From: an uncultured Chloroflexia bacterium
GTDB lineage: Bacteria > Chloroflexota > Limnocylindria > Limnocylindrales > CSP1-4
DNA: 64,000 nucleotides
Direction: 5' to 3'
Assembly: GCA_963766735.1 (NCBI GenBank)
Contig: CAVYBU010000008.1
Span: 32,001 to 96,000, forward strand
Made by a program: the position numbers and the translations under genes. The notes beneath the pieces are model-generated. The model worked only from the letters and a program-made list of their open reading frames with translations, did no database searches and was not told the origin of the DNA. Shown here piece by piece: positions 18,495 to 28,171 of this stretch. Each line of letters opens with the position of its first letter. The stretch's first letter is position 1.

Positions 18495-19471
18495 CGGCGA
18501 CACCCGCCGGCGCCGGCGACCCCGCAGACGGCCGCGACCGTCCCGTGTCCAGAGGCCCCGGATCCACGTTGCTCGAGGTCCAGGACCTCGTCGTCACGCG
18601 CGCGAACCGCCGGATCCTCGAGATCGATGAGCTCAGGATCCGCAGGGGCGAGACGCTCGCGATCGTCGGCCCCAATGGTGCCGGCAAGAGCACCCTGCTC
18701 CTGGTGCTCGCGGGTCTGTTGCGCCCGGATTGGGGCTCGATCCTCATCGACGGCGTCCCGGCGGTCCCGGCCTCAGACCTGGCCTACCGGCGACGAATCG
18801 GCCTCGTGTTCCCGGCGCCGCTCCTGCTGTCCACCTCGGTCTTCGGGAACGTCGCCGCGGGCCTGCGCTTCCGCGGGGTCGGCGCGGACGAGATTCGCGA
18901 GCGTGTCGACCACTGGCTGGAGCGGCTGGCGATCGCCCACCTGCGAGATCGTCCGGCCAGCCAGCTCTCGAGCGGAGAGGCCCAGCGGACGAGCCTCGCC
19001 CGCGCCCTGGTGCTGAACCCGCAGCTGCTCATGCTGGACGAGCCGTTCGTGGCGCTCGACAGCACGACCCGCGCCCAGCTTCTCGATGACTTCGAGCGGC
19101 TCGGGGCAGAGGCCGCCACGACACGCGTGCTCGTGACGCACCACCTGCACGAGGCCGTCCGGCTGGGTGACCGCCTGGCCATCCTGCTCGACGGGCGCAT
19201 CCGCCAGTGCGACGTCCCGGAGCGGGTGATGGCGTCTCCGGTCGACGAGGACGTGGCCGCGCTCGTGCAGATCGAGGCGCGGGTCCGTGGGCACGTCGTG
19301 GCCGAGGACGACGGCCTGGTCGTCGTCGACACGGGAACCGGGTCGGGGAGGGATGTCGAGGGACGTGCCCGGCGCCTCCTGGACGCGACACGCGAGACGG
19401 GACGCGCCACGACCGACGACGGCACCGGGACCACGGGCGATGACGGCACCGGGACCACGGGCGAGGCATGA
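18491..19471 (+). CDS. tupC: Tungstate ABC transporter ATP-binding protein
   Basis: GPNGAGKST, LSSGEAQR, LMLDEP, VTH; overlaps the tupB stop; C-terminal 24-bp duplication 19415-19462. Confidence 0.9.
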   Translation: MTATPAGAGDPADGRDRPVSRGPGSTLLEVQDLVVTRANRRILEIDELRIRRGETLAIVGPNGAGKSTLLLVLAGLLRPDWGSILIDGVPAVPASDLAYRRRIGLVFPAPLLLSTSVFGNVAAGLRFRGVGADEIRERVDHWLERLAIAHLRDRPASQLSSGEAQRTSLARALVLNPQLLMLDEPFVALDSTTRAQLLDDFERLGAEAATTRVLVTHHLHEAVRLGDRLAILLDGRIRQCDVPERVMASPVDEDVAALVQIEARVRGHVVAEDDGLVVVDTGTGSGRDVEGRARRLLDATRETGRATTDDGTGTTGDDGTGTTGEA

Positions 19472-19524
19472 TGTAGGCGGAGCCACTCGCCGCGTGTCGG
19501 CGAGGGCAGGCGCGGAGGGCTTCG

Positions 19525-21435
19525 ATGGCATTCGGCAGCAACGGGGCGATCCTCCGCGTCGATCTCACCCGCGGGACGACCACCGTCGAGACGTTCGACG
19601 AGGCCTTCTTCCGCCTCTACCCCGGTGGCAAGGGCCTGGCCGCGTACCACCTGCTCCGCGAGATGCCCGCCGGCGCGGACCCGTTGGGTCCCGACAACGT
19701 GCTGGTGCTCGCCGCGGGCCTCCTTGCCGGGGCGCCCCTCTCGACCGCGACGCGCTTCAACGCGATCGCCCGGTCGCCGCTCACCGGGGGATTCGGGGAG
19801 TCCGAGGCCGGCGGCTACTGGGGGCCCGAGCTCAAGATGGCGGGGTTCGACGCGATCATCCTCACGGGACGGTCGCCGGAGCCCGTCTGGCTGTGGGTCA
19901 AGGACGGCGCTGCCGAGATCCGCGACGGGCGCGCGCTCTGGGGCCAGGATCCGCCCTTCGTGCAGGCCGCCATCCGGGAGGACACCGGCGAGAAGCTTGC
20001 CCGGGTGCTCCAGATCGGACGGGCAGGGGAGAACCTCGTCCCCTACGCGATGATCATGAACGAGCTGCGCCACTACAACGGCCGCACCGGGATGGGTGCC
20101 GTGATGGGCTCCAAGAACGTGCGCGCCATCGGCGTCAAGGGATCCCGGCGCTACGCGGAGCTGGCCCACGACCCGCAGGTGCTGGGCGAGATCGGCAAGC
20201 GGATGGCGAAGACCGTCACCGAACACCCGCAGAGCTGGGACCTGCGCACCAAGGGAACGCCCGGGCTCACGGACGGCTTGAACGCGGCCGGGATCCTGCC
20301 CACGCGGAACTTCCGTCTGGGTTCGTTCGAGCAGGTCGAGGGGATCGGCTGGCAGGCATACGAGGCCATCCGGAGCGGCACCCGCTCCTGCTACGCGTGC
20401 GCCGTTCGCTGCAAGCCCGAGACCGCGTTCGAAGGTCGCTACCGCGTCACCGACACGTACGACGGCCCGGAGTACGAGGCGATCGCCGGGTTCGGGTCGA
20501 ACTGCGCGATCTTCGACATGGAGCTCGTCGCGCGCGCCAACGAGCTGTGCAACGAGCTCGGCCTCGACGTGATCTCCGCCGCGGGAACGGTGGCGTTCGT
20601 CATGGAGTGCGTTGAGCACGGCCTTCTCGGACCGGAGGATCTCGGCGGCGTGGACCTGCGCTTCGGCAACGGCGAGGCGCTGCTGGAGGTGATCCCGCTC
20701 ATCGCCGATCGGCAGGGGGCGGGCGAGCTGCTGGCGCTGGGTTCACGGAAGATCGCCGAGCGTGTCGGCGGCGGTTCCACGGCCTTTGCCATGCAGGTCA
20801 AGGGCCTGGAGCTGGCGATGCACGAGCCGCGCGGCAAGGTTGGCGTCGGGCTCGGCTATGCCACGAACGAGGCGGGTGCGGACCACCTGGTCGCCTTCCA
20901 CGACCCGATCTTCGTGAACCCGGAGTCCGTGGCGTTCAAGGGCGCGGTGCCCCTGGGCATCACGGAACCGACCGGAGTTCTGGACCTGGGCGAGAAGAAG
21001 GTGGGCCTCTGGTACACGGGCGAGCGCTGGAACAGCGCCGAGAAGGTCCTGGGACTCTGCTTCTTCGGCCCGGCGCCCCGGTCGTTCATGCAGGTCGAGG
21101 ATGTCCTGGCCGCCGTGCGCGCCGCGACCGGCTGGGACGTCACCGTGGACGAGCTGCTCGAGATCGGGGAGCGGGCCGTGAACCTCGCCCGGGTGTTCAA
21201 CGTCCGGGAGGGCTTCAACCGGACCGACGACCGGCTGCCTGACCGCCTCCACACCCCCCTCGAGGGCGGGCCGCTGATCGGGAACTCGATCGACCGGGAC
21301 GCGCTCGAGGAGGCGATCTCCGCGTTGTACACGCTCAAGGGCTGGGACCCGGCGACCGGTGCCCCGACGGCGGAGCGGCTTGACCGGCTCGGCCTCGAGT
21401 GGACCGCGGTGGGGTCGGGCAAGAGCGGCGGGTGA
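19525..21435 (+). CDS. aor: Tungsten-dependent aldehyde:ferredoxin oxidoreductase family, copy 2 (intact)
   Basis: SPLTG, GGYWGPELKMAG, GRTGMGAVMGSKN, CYACAVRC, GPEYE, GLD.IS, EPRG, GLC, FNVREG. Confidence 0.93.
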   Translation: MAFGSNGAILRVDLTRGTTTVETFDEAFFRLYPGGKGLAAYHLLREMPAGADPLGPDNVLVLAAGLLAGAPLSTATRFNAIARSPLTGGFGESEAGGYWGPELKMAGFDAIILTGRSPEPVWLWVKDGAAEIRDGRALWGQDPPFVQAAIREDTGEKLARVLQIGRAGENLVPYAMIMNELRHYNGRTGMGAVMGSKNVRAIGVKGSRRYAELAHDPQVLGEIGKRMAKTVTEHPQSWDLRTKGTPGLTDGLNAAGILPTRNFRLGSFEQVEGIGWQAYEAIRSGTRSCYACAVRCKPETAFEGRYRVTDTYDGPEYEAIAGFGSNCAIFDMELVARANELCNELGLDVISAAGTVAFVMECVEHGLLGPEDLGGVDLRFGNGEALLEVIPLIADRQGAGELLALGSRKIAERVGGGSTAFAMQVKGLELAMHEPRGKVGVGLGYATNEAGADHLVAFHDPIFVNPESVAFKGAVPLGITEPTGVLDLGEKKVGLWYTGERWNSAEKVLGLCFFGPAPRSFMQVEDVLAAVRAATGWDVTVDELLEIGERAVNLARVFNVREGFNRTDDRLPDRLHTPLEGGPLIGNSIDRDALEEAISALYTLKGWDPATGAPTAERLDRLGLEWTAVGSGKSGG

Positions 21436-21668
21436 GGGTCCACCTCTGGGGCGAGCTCGGCTTCTACGGACCGGGGAAGCAGAGCCGGTTCGAGTTCCCG
21501 ATCCGCGATGAGATGCCCGTCTCCGACGCCCTCCGCCTGATCGGGGTCCCGGAGGCGGACATCGCTGTGTTCGGTCTCAACGGCGTGGTGGTCCGGATCG
21601 GCGACCCGACGGTCACCGTGGCCGACCAGGACAGGATCGACTGCTTCCCGGCGACGAGCGGGGGCTGA
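21432..21668 (+). CDS. moaD: MoaD/ThiS family sulfur carrier
   Basis: Ubiquitin-like size, C-terminal GG (FPATSGG), coupled to the aor2 stop. Confidence 0.8.
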   Translation: MRVHLWGELGFYGPGKQSRFEFPIRDEMPVSDALRLIGVPEADIAVFGLNGVVVRIGDPTVTVADQDRIDCFPATSGG

Positions 21669-21763
21669 GCCGGTCGGGACCCAGGCTGGGAACCCGTCCG
21701 GAAGCAGGTCGGGTCCGGCGAGACGCTGCCGGAGCCGATCCGGACGGCGGCCGGCGACCTGCC

Positions 21764-23038
21764 TCAGTCGTCGCGGCTGCGAAGCTCCCAGGCGACGACC
21801 TCTGCCCCCACGGGGAGGTCCGTGTCCGGAGGGATGAGGATCATTCCGTTCGCCGCCGCGAGCGAAGCGAGCATGTAGGAGTCCTGGCCGCCCGACGACC
21901 GGGCCAGCAGCCCGTCGGGGCGGTCCGGGTCCGGGACGAGGACGACACGGGTGATGTTCTGGCGGCCCGAGGCGCCCCGCATCGGCTGGGCGACGCGGAC
22001 GATCCGCTCGGGCCTGTCAAACGCCCGGACGTGTCCCGCGAGCCGGCGCAGCACGGGACGCACGAACAGCTCGAACGTCACGAACACGCTGACGGGGTTG
22101 CCGGGCAGCCCGAACAGGCGGACGTCGCGGTCGCCGACGATCGCGCGCGCGAATGCGAATGGACGCCCGGGCTTGATCGCGACCCGCCACAGGGCGAGGT
22201 CGCCCAGGGTCTCGAAGGCGGCCTTCACGTGATCGTGGGCGCCGACCGAGACGCCACCGCTCAGCACGACGACGTCTGCCCAGGCGACCGCCTCGCGGAG
22301 CAGGTCGAGCAGGTCGGCCAGGGTGTCCCGGGCGATGCCGAAGCGGCGAACCTCGGCCCCCGCCTCGGCCGCCTGAGCAGCGAGCGTGAGCGAGTTGGAG
22401 TCGTGGATCTGGCCCGGTCCGAGCGGCAGCCCCGGCGGGACCAGCTCGTCCCCCGTCGAGATCACCGCGACCCTCGGCCGGCGATGGACCGACACGGACG
22501 CGTGGCCGGTCGCGGCGAGGAGCGCGATAGCGGCCGCGTCACAGGCGCGGCCGGCGCCCAGGAGGTGCGCGCCCTCCTCCACGTCGCTCCCGGGGTGGCG
22601 GACGTGGTCGCCCGGCCGGACCGGGGCGAGGACCGCCACGGTCGCGGGGATGTCGGATGCACCGGCGGGTGCGTCCGTGTCCTCGACCGGGACGACGGTG
22701 TCGGCCCCGTCCGGCAGCATCGCACCGGTCATGATCCGGATCGCCGTGCCCGCAACAACCTCGCCTTCGGGTGGGCGGCCCGCGGCCACCTCGCCCAGGA
22801 CCCGGAGCACGACGGGGCTGCCGGCGGACGCGGCGGCGATGTCGGCCCCGCGGACGGCAAAGCCGTCCATCGCGCTGTTGATCCATGACGGCACCGTCAG
22901 GGCCGAGTGGACCGGCGCTGCGAGGACGAGTCCGGAGGCGTCGGCGATGTCCACGACCTCGGCAGGGAGTGCCGTGACGTCCTCGAGGACGCGGGCCTGT
23001 GCCTGATCGAGCGGGACGAGATCCGGAAGGTCAGCCAT
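21764..23038 (-). CDS. moeA: Molybdopterin molybdo/tungsto-transferase MoeA
   Basis: SAMDGFA, IMTGA, STGDEL, SGGVSVG, KPGRP, GLPGNPVS. Confidence 0.93.
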   Translation of the reverse strand: MADLPDLVPLDQAQARVLEDVTALPAEVVDIADASGLVLAAPVHSALTVPSWINSAMDGFAVRGADIAAASAGSPVVLRVLGEVAAGRPPEGEVVAGTAIRIMTGAMLPDGADTVVPVEDTDAPAGASDIPATVAVLAPVRPGDHVRHPGSDVEEGAHLLGAGRACDAAAIALLAATGHASVSVHRRPRVAVISTGDELVPPGLPLGPGQIHDSNSLTLAAQAAEAGAEVRRFGIARDTLADLLDLLREAVAWADVVVLSGGVSVGAHDHVKAAFETLGDLALWRVAIKPGRPFAFARAIVGDRDVRLFGLPGNPVSVFVTFELFVRPVLRRLAGHVRAFDRPERIVRVAQPMRGASGRQNITRVVLVPDPDRPDGLLARSSGGQDSYMLASLAAANGMILIPPDTDLPVGAEVVAWELRSRDD

Positions 23039-23300
23039 GGGATGCTCCTGCCAGGTGGGGCGGCGGTGTGACGGAACGCCAGCATAGCGGCGGTCCAGCG
23101 GGATCGGCCGGCAACGCAACTCGCCCCGCTCCGCCTGCCCCGGTCGCGCGACGGGAGGCGTCCCACGTCGGCACCCGGGTGTATAACGAGATCAAGTCCC
23201 ATCGACCCGGTTCGGGCGAGGGCCGTCTCCGCGACAGGGCGGTACCCGGGATGACGGGAACGCCGTCGTTGTGCAGGCGGCTGGAGAGGAGGCACCGATC

Positions 23301-24245
23301 GTGACGTACTCCATCGTTGCGCGGGACAGCGCGACCGGCGACCTGGCCGTGGCGGTCCAGTCCAAGTTCCTGTCCGTCGGATCCGTGGTCCCGTGGGCAC
23401 GCGCGGGCGTCGGCGCGATCGCCACCCAGTCCTACGCCAACGTTGCCTACGGCCTCGACGGCCTGGCGCTCCTCGCCGGCGGGGCGGATGCGGTGGACAC
23501 GCTCGCGGCTCTCGTCGAGGCGGATCAACTCCGGACGCAGCGCCAGGTGGGAGCGGTGGACGCGCACGGTGGGTCGGCCACCTACACCGGACGCTCGTGC
23601 TTCGCGTGGGCCGGCGGACGGACCGGCCCCGGCTACGCGGCCCAGGGCAACATCCTGGCTGGCGCGGCGGTTGTCGATGGGCTGGCGGACACCTTCGAGG
23701 CGGGGGGCCTGCCGTTCCCGGAGCTGCTGGTCGCCTGTCTCGCGGCTGCGGATGCCGCCGGTGGTGATCGGCGCGGCCGGCAGTCGGCGGCGCTCCTGAT
23801 CGTCCGGGAGCGCGGCGGATACGGCGGTGGCAACGACCGCTGGATCGACCTCCGCGTGGACGACCACCCGGACCCGGTCACGGAGCTTGCGCGATTGCTC
23901 GAGCTCACGCATCTGTACCTGCAACGGCCGACGCCGGCCGAGCTCATCGCCCTGGATGATCAGCTGGCCCGTGAGGTCCGCGGGCATCTTCAAGACCTGG
24001 GCTGGGACCCCGCGACCGCGGGCAGCCCGCTCTACGTCCCGATGTGGCCCGACGAGGCCGAACCCGAGGACGAGCGGCCCCGCGTGGGCGATCCGCGGCC
24101 CCTTCCGGACGGCTGGGATCTCGCCTGGCAGGATCGTCTGCTGGCGTGGATGTCCGTCGAGAACCTGGAGGAGCGAACCGCTGCCCCGGGGTGGATCGAT
24201 CCGAAGGTGCTTGCCTACCTCCGCAACGCGGGCGGCAAGTCCTAG
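23301..24245 (+). CDS. DUF1028 (Ntn-hydrolase-like) protein
   Basis: TYSIVARD, AVQSKF, GAIATQS, AQGNIL, GGDRRGRQSAAL, DLRVDDH. Confidence 0.9.
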   Translation: MTYSIVARDSATGDLAVAVQSKFLSVGSVVPWARAGVGAIATQSYANVAYGLDGLALLAGGADAVDTLAALVEADQLRTQRQVGAVDAHGGSATYTGRSCFAWAGGRTGPGYAAQGNILAGAAVVDGLADTFEAGGLPFPELLVACLAAADAAGGDRRGRQSAALLIVRERGGYGGGNDRWIDLRVDDHPDPVTELARLLELTHLYLQRPTPAELIALDDQLAREVRGHLQDLGWDPATAGSPLYVPMWPDEAEPEDERPRVGDPRPLPDGWDLAWQDRLLAWMSVENLEERTAAPGWIDPKVLAYLRNAGGKS

Positions 24246-24805
24246 GCCACCGCGACCTGTTCCGCATCGTCGGTGACGGACTCCTCGGCCGGCTGCTCCT
24301 TGCCGGGGAACGCGCGCATGAGACGGCGCAGGAGGCTGTGGAGCTCCTCGCGCTCGGAGAGTTCGAGGACTGCCGCGATCTTCGCCTCGCGGCGCGCCTG
24401 CGTGCCGCTGGTCCTGTCCCACGTGGCGTTGCCCATCTCGGTCGGCTCGATGAGGGTTCCGCGCCGGTCGTTCGGGTCCGGGAGCCGGCGGATCAGGCCG
24501 GCGGCCTCCATGCGATCGAGACGGTTGGTCATCGCGCCGCTGGACAGGCGCATGTCCGTCGCAAGCTGGCCCGGGGAGCGGCGGTACGGCGGACCGTAGC
24601 TGCGCAGACGCCCGAGGAGGTGGTAGGACCGGTGATCCAGGCCAAACTCCGTCAACGTCTCCTCCAGCGACCGATCAAACGACTTCGCCAGGATCTGAAT
24701 GCGCTCGACGATCCCCTCGGTGAGCGAGTTGAGATCCGGGATCTCGCGCGCCCAGGCTCGGAGAGACTCGTCCAGGCAGTCGTGGGCCTCTTTGTCTTCG
24801 TTCAT
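24242..24805 (-). CDS. MarR-family regulator, PecS/TamR (UrtR)-like
   Basis: W.REIPDL, LR..GPPY...PGQLA, SSGAMTNRLDRME, DRRG; probable leaderless ATG at 24805. Confidence 0.9.
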   Translation of the reverse strand: MNEDKEAHDCLDESLRAWAREIPDLNSLTEGIVERIQILAKSFDRSLEETLTEFGLDHRSYHLLGRLRSYGPPYRRSPGQLATDMRLSSGAMTNRLDRMEAAGLIRRLPDPNDRRGTLIEPTEMGNATWDRTSGTQARREAKIAAVLELSEREELHSLLRRLMRAFPGKEQPAEESVTDDAEQVAVA

Positions 24806-24827
24806 ATCTCGAGTATCCACCAATTGG

Positions 24828-24928
24828 ACACGATGTCAAGATTCTTTTGGTAATACCTCTTGACATCGAAGGAATATGCCGCTAGTCTGTCCCCAGATCG
24901 TTTGAGATCAAGAGTCTTGAGGTCAAGA
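24828..24928. promoter_or_regulatory. Four TCTTGA-N2-TCAAGA-type operators over divergent promoters
   Basis: Sites 24828-24841, 24858-24871, 24900-24913 and perfect 24915-24928; + strand promoter TTGACA(24860)-N17-TAGTCT(24883); - strand TTGACA at 24839-24834. Confidence 0.8.
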
Positions 24929-24960
24929 GCCGTTCGAACGGAACGGCGGAGGGACGACAG

Positions 24961-25185
24961 ATGGTCGGGGCGAAGGCAGCAACGGGGAACGGGCTGATCG
25001 CGGACCTGCGCCGCGGTCGTATCGGATGGTCGATCCGTCGGCTTCGGGAGCAGGACGCGCGGACGCGCGCCGAGCATCTCGCCCGCATGACTCTGACGGA
25101 GGAGACGCGTCACGAGCGTGCCGAGCTGGGCGCTCCCTCCCGCGACAGCGGGGCGACTCCCCTCCGGTGGAACCGGCTCACCTGA
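24961..25185 (+). CDS. Small hypothetical protein (74 aa), divergent from MarR
   Basis: GGAGG RBS, upstream promoter, downstream hairpin; no recognisable family. Confidence 0.55.
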   Translation: MVGAKAATGNGLIADLRRGRIGWSIRRLREQDARTRAEHLARMTLTEETRHERAELGAPSRDSGATPLRWNRLT

Positions 25186-25195
25186 GGTCACACGG

Positions 25196-25226
25196 GGCGG
25201 GCGGAGGCATCGAGCCTCCGCCCGCC
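25196..25226 (+). terminator. 13-bp stem hairpin after the small ORF
   Basis: ggcgggcggaggc-atcga-gcctccgcccgcc followed by tt. Confidence 0.7.
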
Positions 25227-25251
25227 TTCGACGTTGGGGGACAATGGGCGG

Positions 25252-25800
25252 ATGACGAGGTCGGCGCCCTGGGTACTACGACGGGCCACCGGCGCCGACG
25301 CCGTGGCGGTGGCCGCGATGCACGTCAGGGCGTGGCAGACGGCCTACCGGGGGATCGTCCCCGACCCCTTCCTCGACAGCCTCGACGTGGCGGCCCGCGC
25401 CGGCCGCTACTCCTTCGATCGCACGGCCCCAGGGGATCCGGAGACGTGGATCGCGGTCGACGGCGAGGACTTCGTGGGGATGGTGAGCATCAGCCCGAGC
25501 CGGGACGAGGACCTGCCCGGGCTCGGCGAGGTTCGCGCCCTGTACGTCGCGCCCGACCGGTGGCGGTCAGGCGCCGGTTCGGCGCTCCTGGCCACGGCGG
25601 AGCGACTGCTCGCGGACGCCGGGTACGCCGAGGCATTCCTATGGGTGCTCGAGGACAACGCACGGGGCCGCGGCTTCTACGAGGCCGCCAGATGGGATCC
25701 TGACGGCCACACCAAGACGGCGGAGATCGGGGGGCGCGAGCTCGTCGAGGTCCGGTACCGCAAGACGCTGACCGCCCCCACCCAGGACGTGCGGGACTGA
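25252..25800 (+). CDS. GNAT N-acetyltransferase
   Basis: AWQTAYRG, LYVAP..WRSGAGSALL, LWVLEDN.RGRGFYE. Confidence 0.88.
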   Translation: MTRSAPWVLRRATGADAVAVAAMHVRAWQTAYRGIVPDPFLDSLDVAARAGRYSFDRTAPGDPETWIAVDGEDFVGMVSISPSRDEDLPGLGEVRALYVAPDRWRSGAGSALLATAERLLADAGYAEAFLWVLEDNARGRGFYEAARWDPDGHTKTAEIGGRELVEVRYRKTLTAPTQDVRD

Positions 25801-25817
25801 ACGGTATCCTCGCCGCG

Positions 25818-26393
25818 ATGCAGGACCACTCACCGTCCGTCGCCGCGATCCGCACCGAGCGGGTGGAGCTCGTCTCGATGTCGCTCCCGTTCATGCGGGC
25901 GCTCAAGGCCGGCCACCAGGACGCGGCGGCCCGCGAGTTGGGCGCCGCCCTGCCACCGGGCATGCGCGAGGACCTCTCCAACTTCCTGAGGTACCGGATC
26001 CCGGCCCTCGAGGCGGACCCCGCGAGCCAGCCGTGGCTGGGCCGCGCCATCGTCGCGACCCACCCCGATGGGCGGCGGGAGGTGATCGGCACGATCGGCT
26101 TCCACGCGCCCCCGGACGAGACCGGACGGGTCGAGATCGGCTACCGCGTGGAGGCAGCCTTCCGGCGCCGTGGGTTTGCGACGGAGTGCATCCGGGCGCT
26201 GCTTGCCTGGGCGCAGGCCCGGGGGACGTACCGCTTCCGCGCCTCGGTTGCACCGGACAACGTCGCCTCGCTGGCGATCATCCACGCCTTCGGCTTCGAG
26301 CAGGTGGGCGTCCAGATGGACGAGGTCGATGGCGAGGAGCTCGTGTTCCACCTGGACCGGCCGCCCGCCGAGGGGACCAGCCAGGCCGGCTGA
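25818..26393 (+). CDS. GNAT, RimJ/RimL family
   Basis: IG.IGFH..P, EIGY, FRRRGFATE, DN.ASL..I...GF. Confidence 0.85.
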   Translation: MQDHSPSVAAIRTERVELVSMSLPFMRALKAGHQDAAARELGAALPPGMREDLSNFLRYRIPALEADPASQPWLGRAIVATHPDGRREVIGTIGFHAPPDETGRVEIGYRVEAAFRRRGFATECIRALLAWAQARGTYRFRASVAPDNVASLAIIHAFGFEQVGVQMDEVDGEELVFHLDRPPAEGTSQAG

Positions 26394-26453
26394 CGGCCAC
26401 GGGCGATGTGGCCGCGCCCAAGCGGCCCGCGCCCAAGCGGCTGCGCTCTTGAC

Positions 26454-27248
26454 TCAGGGGTGTTCGTCGGTCACACGCCGGAGGCGCCAGATCATCTCGG
26501 CCGGCCAGCGCCGTGCCCAGGCCAGCGTCTCGGCCGAGCGATACGTGCTGGTTGCCTGGGGCTCGGGGCGCGGCTCGAGGCAGTCCTCGATCACGAAGCC
26601 GTTGGCGCGAAACAGCCGGATCCACTCGCCGAACGGCAACTGGAAGCTGGTGTTCTCGCCGTCATCGATGGCGTGCATCCCGAAGTAATCGACCACCAGG
26701 CGGTCGCCGACCTCGTCGGCGTCGAGCGGCCAGCAGATCGTCGCGATCGGGGACTCCTGGCTGAACGCGAACAGCCCGCCGGGCCGCAGCAGGCGGGCGG
26801 CCTCTGGGACGGTCCGGTAGGGGTCGGCGAAGGTCATCGCACCGAAGTCGCAGAAGACGATGTCGAACGACGCATCAGGGAGCGGCACTGCCTCCGCGCT
26901 CGCGTGGACGAGCGGGAAGTCGACGCCTGCCTCCGCCATCAGGCGCCGGGCGTGCTCCAGCTGGCGCTCGGACAGGTCGAGCCCCACCGGGCGAGCGCCG
27001 CGCAGCGCCAGCGCGATCGACCATTGGGCCGCGCCGCACCCAAACTCGAGGATGTCCCGGCCGGCGACCTCACCCAGGACATGCAGCTCCGCCTCGGGGA
27101 TCTGTGTGGTCCCCCATGCGAGCCCGCCGCTGTCCGCGAGCTGGCCACCGTGGAGTTCCTGGTATTCGTCGCTGGACGCGTTCCACGCAGCCCGGTTTCG
27201 GGCGGCGTGTGCGGTCAGGTCCGAGGGTATTGCGCGTTCATCGGTCAT
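26454..27248 (-). CDS. Class I SAM-dependent methyltransferase
   Basis: ILEFGCGAAQW, GLDLS, PLPDASFD, RLLRPGG. Confidence 0.9.
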   Translation of the reverse strand: MTDERAIPSDLTAHAARNRAAWNASSDEYQELHGGQLADSGGLAWGTTQIPEAELHVLGEVAGRDILEFGCGAAQWSIALALRGARPVGLDLSERQLEHARRLMAEAGVDFPLVHASAEAVPLPDASFDIVFCDFGAMTFADPYRTVPEAARLLRPGGLFAFSQESPIATICWPLDADEVGDRLVVDYFGMHAIDDGENTSFQLPFGEWIRLFRANGFVIEDCLEPRPEPQATSTYRSAETLAWARRWPAEMIWRLRRVTDEHP

Positions 27249-27295
27249 CCTCGCAGTGTATGGAGTCCGCTCCACACCTGCCCTACCAGGGCATC

Positions 27296-28171
27296 TCAGC
27301 CGGCCGCGCCGAACCGGTACAGGTCGACGTCCGAGACGGGCTCGTACCCGATCCGCTGGTAGACCGAGTTCGACGTCGGGTTCGCGAGGTTGGTGAGCAG
27401 GAAGCAGAAGCGCGCCCCGCGATCGAGCTGATCCTGACTTGCGGCCGCCGTCAGCGCACTTGCATACCCACGACCGCGCTCGTCCGGCGGTGTGTAGACG
27501 GGGCCGAACCGCCGCCCGTTCGGCGTCCGCGCGCCGGCGGCGGCCAGCGACACGACCCGCCCGTCGACTTCCCACAGGTACGCGAATCGATCGTCCCGCC
27601 GGACCCACCGCTCGACCATCTCATCGATCTCGCCACGTGCCGATCCTGGCGGCAGGGCCTCCTCGTGGAATGCGATCAACCAGTCGCGCAGGAGCGCTCG
27701 GTCGCGCTGGTCGGCAAGCCGCCAGGAACCGGATGTCGGCCGCGGCGCGATGACGCGCGACAGCCGGTAGATCCGCTCGGCAATCTCCAGGCGAGCGGGA
27801 CGCCCGGTCACCTTTGACCACGCCCGGGCAAACGGCACGACGGTCGATTGCGGCCCGAGGACGGTCGGCAGGTCGGGCGAGACTGCGTGGAGGTCGGCGA
27901 CCAGGGCCTCGACCGCGAGGGGCACCCGGTCGTCCGGAACGCCGGGCTCCGAGAGCACGGGGCCGAATGGCGGTGTGCGGATCGCGACGAGCGCGATGCG
28001 GCCGGCGTCCCATACCGTCGCCAGGTACGGCGGTTCGAGGTAGGTCCCGGGCTGGTCCCGGAGCGTGGAGAGGATGCCAAGCGGGAGGTTGTTCTGGGCC
28101 TCACGCGCGACGAGGTAGTCACCGGCTGTTTCGAGCAGCGCGACGGCGGTCTCGTGACGAGTCACATCCAT
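27296..28171 (-). CDS. GNAT acetyltransferase (FR47-like C-terminal domain)
   Basis: GPVYTPP.ERGRGYA, L.T.LANPTSN..YQRIGY. Confidence 0.88.
   Translation of the reverse strand: MDVTRHETAVALLETAGDYLVAREAQNNLPLGILSTLRDQPGTYLEPPYLATVWDAGRIALVAIRTPPFGPVLSEPGVPDDRVPLAVEALVADLHAVSPDLPTVLGPQSTVVPFARAWSKVTGRPARLEIAERIYRLSRVIAPRPTSGSWRLADQRDRALLRDWLIAFHEEALPPGSARGEIDEMVERWVRRDDRFAYLWEVDGRVVSLAAAGARTPNGRRFGPVYTPPDERGRGYASALTAAASQDQLDRGARFCFLLTNLANPTSNSVYQRIGYEPVSDVDLYRFGAAG

Noticed and set aside
19415-19462. 24-bp duplication at the tupC 3' end as a target-site duplication
   Set aside because: Adjacent tandem copies in a low-complexity tail with no intervening element
23039-23300. Moco/Wco riboswitch upstream of moeA
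   Set aside because: A TATGCT -10 sits only about 40 nt before the start and the conserved Moco RNA elements were not recognisable
24780-24930. AT-rich patch as a foreign insertion
   Set aside because: Explained by divergent promoters and MarR operators
25252-28171. GNAT/methyltransferase run as a toxin-antitoxin or biosynthetic cluster
   Set aside because: Each gene has its own apparent leaderless promoter, orientations converge, and there is no antitoxin or scaffold-forming enzyme
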